DNA of 64,000 nucleotides from Alphaproteobacteria bacterium (GTDB taxonomy: Bacteria; Pseudomonadota; Alphaproteobacteria; Bin95): contig OZ224045.1 of the NCBI GenBank assembly GCA_963665325.3, positions 1,344,001 through 1,408,000 of the forward strand, read 5' to 3'. Both the position numbers and the translations under genes were made by a program. Below the pieces are notes generated by a model, which was not told where the DNA came from, ran no database searches, and saw nothing but the letters and a program-made list of their open reading frames with translations. Positions 42,001 to 51,073 of this stretch are shown piece by piece (the stretch's first letter is position 1; the number at the start of each line of letters is the position of its first letter).

Positions 42001-42600
42001 CTGATGCGGTTCTGGGACCCGGACGCGGGGAGAATCGCGCTCAACGGCGTGGATCTTCGCGACTACAAGCTCGACGATCTGCGCAGCCGCATCGCGCTGG
42101 TCTCGCAGGACACATACCTCTTCAACGATACGCTCCGCGCGAATGTGACGATCGCGCGGCCTTCGGCGAGCGAGGCAGAGCTTGCCGCGGCGCTCGACCA
42201 CGCCGCCCTCGGCCCGCTCGTCGCAACCCTGCCGGACGGTCTCGAAACCGTGGTCGGCGAGCGCGGCGCCAGCCTCTCCGGCGGGCAGCGCCAGCGGGTC
42301 GCCATCGCGCGGGCATTCCTGAAGGACGCGCCTATCCTGATTTTGGACGAAGCGACCAGCCATCTGGACGCGCTCAACGAACTGGCGGTGCGCCGCGCGC
42401 TGGACAGGCTGAAGGCCGACAGGACCACCGTCGTCATCGCCCACAGGCTTTCCACCGTCCGGGATGCGGACAAGATCGTCGTGCTCGACGGGGGCCGTCC
42501 GGTCGAGACGGGCACGCATGACGAATTGCTGGCAAGGCGCGGCCTCTATGCCTCGCTCGTGCTCCGCCAGCTCGCAAGCGCCGCCGCAGCCGCCCAGTAG
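39010..42600 (+). CDS. Fused heterodimeric ABC exporter (TMD-NBD-TMD-NBD; CydDC-like)
   Basis: Two TMDs and two NBDs (GQSGCGKT, GASGAGKT; LSGGQRQR twice; DEA twice); YLPQ and R.GDL motifs of CydD/CydC type. Confidence 0.9.
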   Translation: MHLEFRLWRFTEGVRGRIFFSMAVGLLAAALGVARLALLGWLIGRVFAGVTAGELVWPILGIAVVMAARGACEHWRTVVAHKTAALVQKRLRRMLFDRVAALGPSYVGRRRSGALTLSLVDGVEQLETYFGQYLPQLMVSFATPVLIFAFVAFIDLPVAAVLVAFALAALLLPAAWHSLDVMSSRKRQTAYADFAAEFLDSIQGLGTLKAFGQSTARADLLAHKARELFRRTMWVLGTNVLSRGITDCMIAIGAAAGLALGASRVVSGEMELVGLLIILMMGVEIFRPMRDLRAVLHQGMVGLSAAQGIYGILDAEPEVADGPETPAADRLEPAIAFENVTFRYPGARGPAHRDLSFSVAPGERIGVVGQSGCGKTSIVRLLLRFFDPDAGRVKLGGIDLRDMSFAQIRRNISVVNQDTFLFHGTIGENIHMGRPDASAEEVEEAARIANIKGFIGTLPEGYDTIIGEKGIKLSGGQRQRVAIARAVLRDTPILVLDEALSAVDADNEAVIQEALDRLMQGRTTLILAHRLSSVIDCDRILAMEEGQVVESGPHSELMAVPGGVYASLMREQARESEERDEDVLIDAPDRPTTETLDATPGGAKHAPTEGIIKAEGLAWFQVVAALMRVILPWKGRLGLTFLFGVVRVLAFIGVGAVSALIVFSLKNGEPYDHLLVWLWVLAPMAGIVHWLESWVAHDMAFRLLAEMRVDAFRKLDKLAPAYLVRRRTGDLMNLATHDIELIEYFFAHTVAPAFVAVLVPAIVIVVLGAASPWIALALVPFLAAVGLSPFLMRGRVDRLGSKAREAAGELGAYAIDSVQGLGEIVSFQDERRRAEGFDRLADRHIALRLPFFGEVTLQESLLEVFTGLGGLAVVVSGALLVQAGTVDSGVLPLLALLAMSAFLPVSEIAQIGRRLADTLGATRRYYSLENEPVPVEDGPGAEEDGEAEAGLALDGVNFAYPGQDRLALSDVTVTIPAGKTVALVGASGAGKTTTAQLLMRFWDPDAGRIALNGVDLRDYKLDDLRSRIALVSQDTYLFNDTLRANVTIARPSASEAELAAALDHAALGPLVATLPDGLETVVGERGASLSGGQRQRVAIARAFLKDAPILILDEATSHLDALNELAVRRALDRLKADRTTVVIAHRLSTVRDADKIVVLDGGRPVETGTHDELLARRGLYASLVLRQLASAAAAAQ

Positions 42601-42620
42601 TCCGGTTCTCGCGCACACCC

Positions 42621-43508
42621 ATGAACCGGCCCCGCGACCGCATCGGACTGGCGATTCTGCTCGTGGTGTCGGCCGTCGCGCTTTTCGCCATCCTCAATAC
42701 CGAGGTGAAGATCCTGCGCGCGGATTTCGGCTCCGTGCAGCTCGTATGGGCCCGCTATGTGGGCGCGCTGCTCTTCATGGTGGCGGTGTTCACGCCGATG
42801 CGCGGTCCGCGCTTCCTGTTGCTGCGGACGGCCCGTCCGGTCGCCCAGATCGTTCGAGGCGTATGCCTGCTCACGGCATCGCTCTGCTTCTTCCTCGCGA
42901 TCAAATGGGTGCCGCTCGCCACGGCCGCAGCTATCACCATGCTGGGTCCCGTGTTCATCACCGCTCTGTCCGGCCCGGTGCTCGGCGAGCGGGTCGGGCC
43001 CAGGCGCTGGTCTGCCGTCGCGATCGGCTTCGTCGGCGCGCTCGTCATCATCAGGCCAGGTTTCGGCGACACGCCTTGGCAGATCGTGTTCACGCTCGGG
43101 TCCGCCGTATCCAGCGCCTTCTACGCCCTGCTGACTCGCAAGCTCTCCGCAGGCGAGGACGCGGCGACTTCGGCGACCATCGCGACCGTAGTGGGAACGG
43201 TCGCGCTCAGCCTGGTCGTCTGGAGCGACTGGCGCGCTCCGTCGAGTGCGGTCGAGATCGGCATGATCGCCTCGCTCGGCCTGCTCTCCGGCCTCGGCCA
43301 TTATCTCTACACCGTGGCGCTCGGATGCGGCCCGGCATCCGTCATTGCGCCCTTCAACTACAGCCACCTCATCTTCGCGGCGCTATTGGGCTTCGTCGTC
43401 TTCGGCTACTTTCCGGACCTCTGGGCCTGGGTCGGCGCCGGGCTGATTGTGGCGTCCGGCCTCTACATCGGTTATCGCGAGACCGTGCTGAGCAGGCGTG
43501 CGGGCTAG
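42621..43508 (+). CDS. DMT/EamA family transporter
   Basis: About 10 TM helices; LGERVG.RRW, IIRPG, APFNY. Confidence 0.88.
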   Translation: MNRPRDRIGLAILLVVSAVALFAILNTEVKILRADFGSVQLVWARYVGALLFMVAVFTPMRGPRFLLLRTARPVAQIVRGVCLLTASLCFFLAIKWVPLATAAAITMLGPVFITALSGPVLGERVGPRRWSAVAIGFVGALVIIRPGFGDTPWQIVFTLGSAVSSAFYALLTRKLSAGEDAATSATIATVVGTVALSLVVWSDWRAPSSAVEIGMIASLGLLSGLGHYLYTVALGCGPASVIAPFNYSHLIFAALLGFVVFGYFPDLWAWVGAGLIVASGLYIGYRETVLSRRAG

Positions 43509-43524
43509 CATGCCGTCCGGGAGA

Positions 43525-44526
43525 ATGCGGACCTTGACGAGAGACGCCCTTGTTGTCGCCTACGACGCCAGCGAGCGGGACCGCGGCATCATCGCCGAAG
43601 CCTGGGCCGAGGCCGGTCCCCTGCTTTATCTGTCCGACGCCGTATCGCCCGAAGCCCGCGTGCGCATGCTGCAACGTGCGGCAGCCGTGTTCGCGCAGCA
43701 TACGGGGAACGACTTCAGGAGGGAGGAATGGCCTTTGCTGGCCGGAGCGCGGCTGCTGCAGATGCTGCCTGCCGGCGTGGATTTCATGCCGCTCAGGGAC
43801 CTGCCGCCGGAGCTCCCGGTCGCGGGCAATGGCGGCGCCTCCGCCGAGCCGATGGCCGAGCACGGCGCCGCGATGGCGCTGGCCGCCGCCAAGCGCCTGT
43901 TCGCCGAGCATGCCGAGCTCCGCGCCGGCCGCTTCAACCAGTTCCGGCCCAACATCAGGCTGGCCGGCGGCGTCTGCGGCATATTGGGCTTCGGCGGCAT
44001 CGGCGTTGCGGTCGCCCGGCTGATGCGCGCCTTCGGCATGAGAATCCACGCCATCAATCGGCGCGGCGCCAGCGACGAGCCGAGCGACTGGATCGCAACG
44101 CCGGACAGGCTGGACGAGATGTGCTCAGCCGCCGACATCCTGTTCATTACCGCGCCGCTCAGCACCGCGACCGAGAAGATGATCGGAGCCGGGCAATTGA
44201 GGCGCATGAAGGACGACGCCATCCTGGTAAATCTCGCGCGCGGCGAGATCATCGACGAGCGCGCGCTCTATGACCACCTCGCCGACCGGCCGTCCTTTAC
44301 CGCATGCCTCGATGCCTGGTGGGTGGAGCCGATCCGCCATGGCAGCTTCCGCATCGACACGCCGCTCCTCGATCTGCCGAACGTCATCGGCTCGCCACAT
44401 AACTCAGCCTCGGTCGGTAGCGGCCGGCGTCCGGTTATTCTCCGGCGCGCGATCGCCAACTGCCTCCGCGCCGTGCGCGGAGAGAGCCCGCTCCACCTCA
44501 TCCGACGGGAGGAGCGGATGCTGTAA
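43525..44526 (+). CDS. D-2-hydroxyacid dehydrogenase family; start uncertain
   Basis: MAEH, GFGGIG, NLARG, LDAW..EP, SPH. Confidence 0.88.
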   Translation: MRTLTRDALVVAYDASERDRGIIAEAWAEAGPLLYLSDAVSPEARVRMLQRAAAVFAQHTGNDFRREEWPLLAGARLLQMLPAGVDFMPLRDLPPELPVAGNGGASAEPMAEHGAAMALAAAKRLFAEHAELRAGRFNQFRPNIRLAGGVCGILGFGGIGVAVARLMRAFGMRIHAINRRGASDEPSDWIATPDRLDEMCSAADILFITAPLSTATEKMIGAGQLRRMKDDAILVNLARGEIIDERALYDHLADRPSFTACLDAWWVEPIRHGSFRIDTPLLDLPNVIGSPHNSASVGSGRRPVILRRAIANCLRAVRGESPLHLIRREERML

Positions 44527-44541
44527 CGGCCGCTATCCCCG

Positions 44542-45510
44542 TCAGCTCAGGACCTCCCGGTTGATGACATTGTCCGGGTCGAGCCTGCCGGCGAAGCAAT
44601 CGACGACATTCTGCGCGGCGGCTGCGCCCATGCGGAACATGGACTCCTCGCTCACGCCGGCCGAGTGGGGCGATACGATGATGTTGTCGAGCTCGAACAG
44701 CGGCTCGTCGGCCGTCGCCGGCTCTACGACGAAGGGGTCGATGCCTGCGCCGGCGATGACCCGGTTCTTGAGCGCGTCGTAGAGCGCCTTTTCCTCGACG
44801 ATATTGCCGCGCGCCGTGTTCACGACGAATGCCGTCGGTTTCATCGACGCGAGTTCGGCAGCGCCGACCATGCCGTCCGTTTCCTCGTTCTTCGGGCAGT
44901 TGACTGAAAGGAAGTCGATGTTCGGCAGCATCGTCCGCCAGTCCTCGACGGGTGTCGCTCCGGCGGTCGTAATTGCGTCCTGGACGACATAGGGGTCGTG
45001 CACCAGCACATTCATGCCCATCGCGACGCAGCGCGGCACCAGCCGGCGGCCGATGCGCCCGAAACCGAGGATCAGCACGGTACGGCCTGCAATATCGTAG
45101 GCCGGCGTCGCGAAACGGATGTCCCAATTGCCCTTGCGGAGTTCGCGGTCGTAGAGAAGGGCGCGCTTGGCGAGCGCCATCATGAAGAACAGCGAGTGCT
45201 CGGCGACGGTGATCGAATTGGCCGTGCCGACGACGGCGAGCGGCACGCCCGCCTCCGTCAGCGCCGGCACGTCCACCGCGTCGTAACCGACGCCGTGGCG
45301 GGCGACAATCTTCAGCCGGTCGGCATTGCCGACGATGCGGCGCGTGAAGGGCGCTACGCCCAGGATCGCCGCGTCGTAATTACCGATATGCTGCAGGATG
45401 TTGTCTTCGGACAGTTCCGTGAAGCGCTCGACCGCAATGTCGTCGCGCCCCTCGAACACCGACTTGAGCCCGTCCGTATAGGGCATCTGCAGCATCACGC
45501 GATAGGCCAT
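44542..45510 (-). CDS. D-2-hydroxyacid/phosphoglycerate dehydrogenase family
   Basis: RHGVGYD, VAEH, GFGRIG, NTARG, EP, SPH. Confidence 0.9.
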   Translation of the reverse strand: MAYRVMLQMPYTDGLKSVFEGRDDIAVERFTELSEDNILQHIGNYDAAILGVAPFTRRIVGNADRLKIVARHGVGYDAVDVPALTEAGVPLAVVGTANSITVAEHSLFFMMALAKRALLYDRELRKGNWDIRFATPAYDIAGRTVLILGFGRIGRRLVPRCVAMGMNVLVHDPYVVQDAITTAGATPVEDWRTMLPNIDFLSVNCPKNEETDGMVGAAELASMKPTAFVVNTARGNIVEEKALYDALKNRVIAGAGIDPFVVEPATADEPLFELDNIIVSPHSAGVSEESMFRMGAAAAQNVVDCFAGRLDPDNVINREVLS

Positions 45511-45662
45511 GCCTGTTCCTCTCTCGATGTATTCAGCCGGACCGGAACATGCCCCGGCCGGCTCCTTTCGGCAACCGGGCGCGGACTGTTTTCGCCGCCG
45601 GGGCAAGCCGCTAACCTCGGCCGGGGTGCTTTCCCGGAAGCCGCAATCCGACGGGGGATTCG

Positions 45663-46586
45663 ATGGCTGGACATATTGCAGTTCTCGGTATTTTCGTCGC
45701 CGACGCGACGTTTCGAACCGGCCGCCTGCCGGGAATGGGGGAAACCGTTATCGGCGAGAGCGTCGCGCTCAGCCCCGGCGGAAAGGGGTCGAACCAGGCT
45801 GTGGCCGCCGCCCGACTAGGCGCAAAGGTTCGGTTCATCTCCCGCATCGGTCGCGATTCATTTGCTGACATGGGGCTCGCCGCATGGGCCGATGCCGGCG
45901 TGGAACCCCTGGTCGCGCGCTCCGACAGCGCGGCGACAGGTGCAGCTGCGGTGCTGGTGGATGCATATACGGGCGAGAACGCCATCGTCGTCTGTCCGGG
46001 CGCCGCCTCGGAAATCTCGGAGGTGGATATCGATGCGGCGGCAGATGCGATCCGGTCCGCTGCCGTGTTCGTGACCCAGTTCGAGCAGCCGCTTCCGGCG
46101 GCCGCGCGGGCACTGGCGATTGCGCGGGAGGCGGGTGTAACGACGGTGCTCAACCCCGCCCCGGCCGCGGACGCGCCCAAGGACATGCTCCGACTCTCGG
46201 ACTATGTCACGCCGAATGAAGCCGAAGCCGAGGCGCTTTCCGGTATTCCGGTGGGCAACGAGGACGGGGCGCGCCGGGCGGCTGCCGCACTCCGGGACCG
46301 CGGCGCCGGCGCAGCCGTCATCACGCTGGGCGCGCGCGGCGCGTTGTTCGACGGTCCTGGAGGTGCTGCGTTCGTGCCGGCCTTCCGGGCGGGTCCGGTT
46401 GTCGAGACGACCGGCGCAGGCGATGCCTTCAATGGCGCATTCGCAGTGGCGCTGGCGGAGGGCCGGGGCCCCGGCTGGGCAGTCCGTTTCGCCTGCGCCG
46501 CTGCAGGCATTTCCGTCACGCGTTCCGGCACGTCGCAGTCCATGCCGAATCGGACGGAGGTCGAGGCGCTGATGGCGGGGTCTTAA
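45663..46586 (+). CDS. rbsK: Ribokinase (PfkB family)
   Basis: GGKGSNQAVAAARLG, LNPAP, PNE.EA, TTGAGDAF. Confidence 0.9.
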   Translation: MAGHIAVLGIFVADATFRTGRLPGMGETVIGESVALSPGGKGSNQAVAAARLGAKVRFISRIGRDSFADMGLAAWADAGVEPLVARSDSAATGAAAVLVDAYTGENAIVVCPGAASEISEVDIDAAADAIRSAAVFVTQFEQPLPAAARALAIAREAGVTTVLNPAPAADAPKDMLRLSDYVTPNEAEAEALSGIPVGNEDGARRAAAALRDRGAGAAVITLGARGALFDGPGGAAFVPAFRAGPVVETTGAGDAFNGAFAVALAEGRGPGWAVRFACAAAGISVTRSGTSQSMPNRTEVEALMAGS

Positions 46587-46635
46587 CGGGGCGGTCCGGA
46601 AGGGCGGGCCGCCTCGCCTGGAAGCGTCGCCGTTT

Positions 46636-49059
46636 CTAGAACCGCAATGCGGCCTGCAGGATGATTGCGTGGATGTCGTCCTGGGCGGAGCGTTCCTGCC
46701 GCGCGGCCTCCAGTCTCAACACCGCCGAGGGCCCCAGGTTTACGCGAGTGCCGAGCCGGTACACCCGCCCGTTGCCCCGACTGAGGCCGAACCTCGTGTA
46801 AGGCGTGAGCGCGCCGCGGCCGCGAAACGCCCTGAAGCCATAAGCCAACTCGAGTTCGAGGCGCCTCGCCGAGAGGTCGGATCTGCTTGAGTCCGCCTGG
46901 TGGTCCTCCCACAGCCTTTGCACGCCGCTCGCGGTCGGGCCCCAGCCCTGCGTAAGGCTTGCCCAGGGTCCGAAACCGGGCGCCTCCGGGTCGTAGCGGA
47001 ACCGAAAACCGAACCCGCGCTCCTTCGGCCGCCCGCTCCCGCGTGCTGCGAGCCAGCGCCCGAAAACTTCCGAATTCCACCCCTGCTCCACATTGCGGTA
47101 GTGCAGGCCGCCGCCGAGCTCCAAGCTGGCGCCCGCCTTGCCGTCGCCGCTGTCGTGGCGCAACCCGATCTCTCCCCACGGGGCCAGTGTGCCGACATAG
47201 GGGACGGTCTTCTCGTGATCGATCTCGGCCGCCAGCCGGAACCGCTGCAGATCTGCCGCCGCCTTGGCGAAAGTCCTGGAGGCGCTGGAGACGTCCAGAT
47301 TCGCGAGCCCAAACTCGCCCTTGACCGTCAGTGTCGTGGAGCCGCGCTCCAGCATCCGGCTGTTGACGCCGAACGCGCTCGTGGCGAGCCGGGCGTCGCC
47401 CGAATATCTGACGCCGGCGCTGTTCAACACCCGCAGCGTTCCGGTCCCGAAGCCTGCGGTTCCCCATATTTCCAGTTGGGAGGACGGCTTCAGGCCGAAA
47501 TAGGGATGCACGCCCGTCATGCGGAGGTCGTAAGTGCCGCCTATGCCATCCTCGCCTGCGATCGTGTAATCGATGTCGCTCTCGGCCCGCGAGAGGGCGA
47601 CGCCCGCAAGCATGTTGGGGCGGAGCCTGGTCTCGGCCCCGAACTGCATGTTGAAGACGTCGCCATCCCAGAGCGCCGTCCCGCCTTTGTCGCTGCCGTC
47701 CAGACGGCGGTAGTCGCTGCAGGCCCACGCTGCGAACCGCGCGTCCCTGCCGTCGCCCCCGGCCAGGGGAAGCAGGTAGGAGGCATTGCCGAACGCCTGC
47801 TTCAGGCCGAGCGTGTTGGCGCGATCCGCCCCTCGTCCGGCGAAAGCCGGCGGCAATAAGGACGCGATCGGAGGCTTCGACCAGCCGCGCGCGATGTCGG
47901 AGAACATCTGCTCGATGCGGCACCTCGCGGCGCTGAAGGCGAGCGCTCGCCCCATTTCGGGAAGTATGGTCCGGTTCGCCTGCGCCCTGCCGGGCCCTCC
48001 GTCGTTCGATATAGAAGGATCCTCGTTGTTCCCGCTGCCCTCGTTCCTGCTGCCCTCGTTCCCGTTGCCCTCGTTCCCGCTGCCCTCATTTCCGTTGCCC
48101 TCATTTCCGTTGCCCTCGTTCCCGGTGCCCTCGTTCCCGCTGCCCTCGTTCCCGCTGCCCTCGTTCCCGGTGCCCTCGTTCCCGCTGCCCTCGATTCCGC
48201 TGCCCTCGTTCCCGTTGCCCTCGTTCCCGCTGCCCTCGTTTCCGCTGCCCTCGTTCCCGCTGCCCTCGTTTCCGCTGCCCTCGTTCCCGGTGCCCTCGTT
48301 CCCGGTGCCCTCGTTTCCGTTGCCGTCCCCGAGGTTCACCGTTAGCGGTCCGGAACCGTGTACCGGGCAATTGGAGGTGTGATCCCATACTTCGTGGTCC
48401 AACGAAATTGTCGTAGCCCGGGGGCCACCGCCCTCAGCTTCCCATTCTTCATCGGTGAGCCTATAAATCCGGAAATTTTTCCAATTGGCCCAGTCCGTGT
48501 GATCGAAGGTCCTATAGAACCCCGGGAGGAAGCGCAGATCATCGTAAGTGCCGGAGACTCTCTCGCGCTGGCCAACGCCGTTTACGTGGACGAACACATG
48601 CCAATCTTCGTCTTCTATGAGTGTTCCGTCTACGGACGGCGCCTCGCTCAACCTAACGCTGTAATAGACCGATTCACCGGGTGCTACGGTCAGCGAAGTC
48701 TCGGATACCTCCACTTCTCCGTCCCAGGTCGGAAGCTGGGTATGCTGCGCAGCGGCATTGCCCGAACAGATCACCATGAGAAGCGGGACGAGAAATACCG
48801 CTAGCACAACAAGAAATTCGACCGGCAGGCGAGGCACTTTCCGGCATAATGCGAGCGTTGTGGCCGCACCGAATTTCCCAATGCTTGTGGAACTCGTCCT
48901 CCAGCGGAGCCTGTCGGTGCAGGTTGGCAAGGCCGCGCTTGCCGCACCGCCAGCTGCTCTTGGCGGTGCAGGGAATCCTTGTCCCGCTTTGCGAAGCGGG
49001 GAATCGGGGCCGGGAGTCGAGTCGAAGCCCATCATGAGTCCGAGAATACGGTTGGTCAA
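46636..49059 (-). CDS. Autotransporter-domain surface protein with a GNEG[S/T/N] repeat linker; start uncertain
   Basis: Hydrophobic signal-like segment, Ig/Calx-like domain (SLTV..GE..YSVRL..P), repeat tract, C-terminal beta-barrel (HPY, RHD.GD, ELGGG, GALTPY, LRF). Confidence 0.8.
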   Translation of the reverse strand: MTNRILGLMMGFDSTPGPDSPLRKAGQGFPAPPRAAGGAASAALPTCTDRLRWRTSSTSIGKFGAATTLALCRKVPRLPVEFLVVLAVFLVPLLMVICSGNAAAQHTQLPTWDGEVEVSETSLTVAPGESVYYSVRLSEAPSVDGTLIEDEDWHVFVHVNGVGQRERVSGTYDDLRFLPGFYRTFDHTDWANWKNFRIYRLTDEEWEAEGGGPRATTISLDHEVWDHTSNCPVHGSGPLTVNLGDGNGNEGTGNEGTGNEGSGNEGSGNEGSGNEGSGNEGNGNEGSGIEGSGNEGTGNEGSGNEGSGNEGTGNEGNGNEGNGNEGSGNEGNGNEGSRNEGSGNNEDPSISNDGGPGRAQANRTILPEMGRALAFSAARCRIEQMFSDIARGWSKPPIASLLPPAFAGRGADRANTLGLKQAFGNASYLLPLAGGDGRDARFAAWACSDYRRLDGSDKGGTALWDGDVFNMQFGAETRLRPNMLAGVALSRAESDIDYTIAGEDGIGGTYDLRMTGVHPYFGLKPSSQLEIWGTAGFGTGTLRVLNSAGVRYSGDARLATSAFGVNSRMLERGSTTLTVKGEFGLANLDVSSASRTFAKAAADLQRFRLAAEIDHEKTVPYVGTLAPWGEIGLRHDSGDGKAGASLELGGGLHYRNVEQGWNSEVFGRWLAARGSGRPKERGFGFRFRYDPEAPGFGPWASLTQGWGPTASGVQRLWEDHQADSSRSDLSARRLELELAYGFRAFRGRGALTPYTRFGLSRGNGRVYRLGTRVNLGPSAVLRLEAARQERSAQDDIHAIILQAALRF
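48034..48318 (-). repeat. 15-bp coding tandem repeat, 19 units (GNEG[S/T/N])
   Basis: GCTGCCCTCGTTCCC-type units read directly on the + strand. Confidence 0.97.
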
Positions 49060-49176
49060 TTATAGTATGTTATGGGGGCAAACTTACTACCCCTAGTATG
49101 CCTTTTAAGAAATATTTATTCAAATTTGCTCTATCCTGCGGTTTTGGCTCGGGATGGCGGTGCCGCATGAGCACTC

Positions 49177-50974
49177 GAGACTGTGAAAGTATTGCCGCGC
49201 GAGCCGACCGCGACTCAGTGCGAGTTCTCGCGCTGCCTGGACATGTTATCTTCGTCGGCAATCGAAACGATCGCAGATGAGATCACCACCATGGCCGAGA
49301 GACGCTATCAGGAGGTGCACTCCCGAAGCCAGGTGATGCTGCTGCCTCCGTGTCTGGACGACTATGTGTCCGAGCACAATGCGGTGCGTGCGATCGATGC
49401 GTTCGTCGGCACGCTGGACCTGCAGGCGCTGGGATTCGAGCACACCGAAGCGAGACACGGCGCCGGTCAGCCGGCGTTCGATCCGGCGCTGCTGCTGAAG
49501 CTCTACCTGTACGGCTACCAGCACCGGGTACGCAGCTCGCGCCGGCTCGAAGCCGAGACGCGGCGCAACCTGGAAGTGATCTGGCTGTGTCAGGGAGCCA
49601 GGCCGAGCTACAAGACCATCGCGGATTTCCGCAAGGACAATCTGGCGGCTCTGCGGGCGACCAACCGGGAGTTTGTGCTGCTGTGCCGGGAACTGTCCCT
49701 GCTGGGCGACAGCCGGGTGGCGATCGACGGAACCTTTCTGAAGGCCAATGCGCGTCCCGGCAGCATCCACACCAAGGCGAGACTGGAAAAGGACCTGAAG
49801 AAGCTGGACGAGAGGATCGCGGCGTATCACCGGCAGTTGGATGAGGCGGATGCGGACCCGGAGGATGGTGCGGACGGTGGGGAGGATCCGGAACTGGCGG
49901 CGAAGATCGAGGCCCTGGTGGAGAAGCAGAAGCACAAGAAGGCCCTGCAGGAGCGCCTGCTCGAAAGCGGGGAGAGCCAGATATCGGAGGTCGATCCCGA
50001 TGCGCGGATGATGAAGAAGAACGTCAAGTTGGAGGGCGGCTACAACTGCCAGATTGCGGTGGACGACAAGCACAAGCTGATTGTGGCGGAGGACGTAGTC
50101 CAGGACGGCAATGATTTCCGTCAGTACGAGCCGATGATGACGAAAGCCTGCGAAGCCACGGGCAATTCCGGACTGATCGGTCTGGCGGATACCGGCTATT
50201 ACAACGGCTCGCATTTGAAGGAATGCGAGGACAGAGGGATGGATGTGTATGTTCCGATACCCAAGCAACTGGGTCGCAAGGGCAAGGGAGATCGGTTCGG
50301 CAGCGATGATTTCCGTTACGACCCGCAGGACGACACGTATGTCTGTCCGGCCGGGCAACGGCTGGCTCGAGCCAACGAGACCACCGTCAAGCGTAACAAG
50401 CTGTATTTCGTTTATCGTGCGGTGCCAGAGGTTTGTCGGAGTTGTGCGCTGTCGAGCCGATGCCTGGAAAAGGCGAACCCAAAGCCAAGGCGTAGGGTGG
50501 AGCGCTGGGAGCATGCGGACTGGGTGGACCGGCATCGCGAGAAGATGAGCGCCGGTTCGCCATTGATGCGCGGGCGATCCGCGCTCGTCGAGCACCCATT
50601 CGGCACCATCAAGCGCTGGGCGGGGATCGATCATTTCCTGATGCGCGGACTCGAGAAGTGCCGCGGCGAGTTCAGCCTGATGGCGCTGGGCTACAACTTC
50701 AAGCGGATGGTGAACGAGCTGGGCGTGGATGCATTCAGGGAGCATTGCCTGCAAAAGCAGCGGACTGCGACGATCGGGGTGTGATATTGCCCGGAAGGCC
50801 GTCTTTCCCGTCATCCAAGGCTGATTTAAGCGTAAATTTCGTGACTCTTGGTGCGATGTAGTCAATTCACCGCTTTATCCCTCCCGTCGCGGCGACCTGT
50901 CCGGTCCGGACATCGAAATCGTCATCCGGACGAATGGAAATCAGCCTGTGGCGAACTGATACTCTCACAGTCTC
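49177..50974 (+). mobile_element. IS1182-family element
   Basis: IRs GAGACTGTGAAAGTAT / ATACTCTCACAGTCTC; 4-bp TSD ACTC. Confidence 0.92.
49291..50784 (+). CDS. IS1182-family transposase
   Basis: LYLYGY..SSRRLE, TIADFR, IDGT, DPDARM, YNCQ, AD.GY, Y.CPAG, VEHPFGTIK. Confidence 0.93.
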   Translation: MAERRYQEVHSRSQVMLLPPCLDDYVSEHNAVRAIDAFVGTLDLQALGFEHTEARHGAGQPAFDPALLLKLYLYGYQHRVRSSRRLEAETRRNLEVIWLCQGARPSYKTIADFRKDNLAALRATNREFVLLCRELSLLGDSRVAIDGTFLKANARPGSIHTKARLEKDLKKLDERIAAYHRQLDEADADPEDGADGGEDPELAAKIEALVEKQKHKKALQERLLESGESQISEVDPDARMMKKNVKLEGGYNCQIAVDDKHKLIVAEDVVQDGNDFRQYEPMMTKACEATGNSGLIGLADTGYYNGSHLKECEDRGMDVYVPIPKQLGRKGKGDRFGSDDFRYDPQDDTYVCPAGQRLARANETTVKRNKLYFVYRAVPEVCRSCALSSRCLEKANPKPRRRVERWEHADWVDRHREKMSAGSPLMRGRSALVEHPFGTIKRWAGIDHFLMRGLEKCRGEFSLMALGYNFKRMVNELGVDAFREHCLQKQRTATIGV

Positions 50975-51073
50975 ACTCGCAGGGACGGCTCCGGGCGTGC
51001 GGCAGGGGCGATTGAAGCGGGCAGCGGGCGCCGGCTATGCTGTCGGTGCGCACGAAACCCGGAGTTCACGCCC

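Noticed and set aside
48034-48318. CRISPR array
   Set aside because: Head-to-tail 15-bp coding repeat with no spacers and no cas genes
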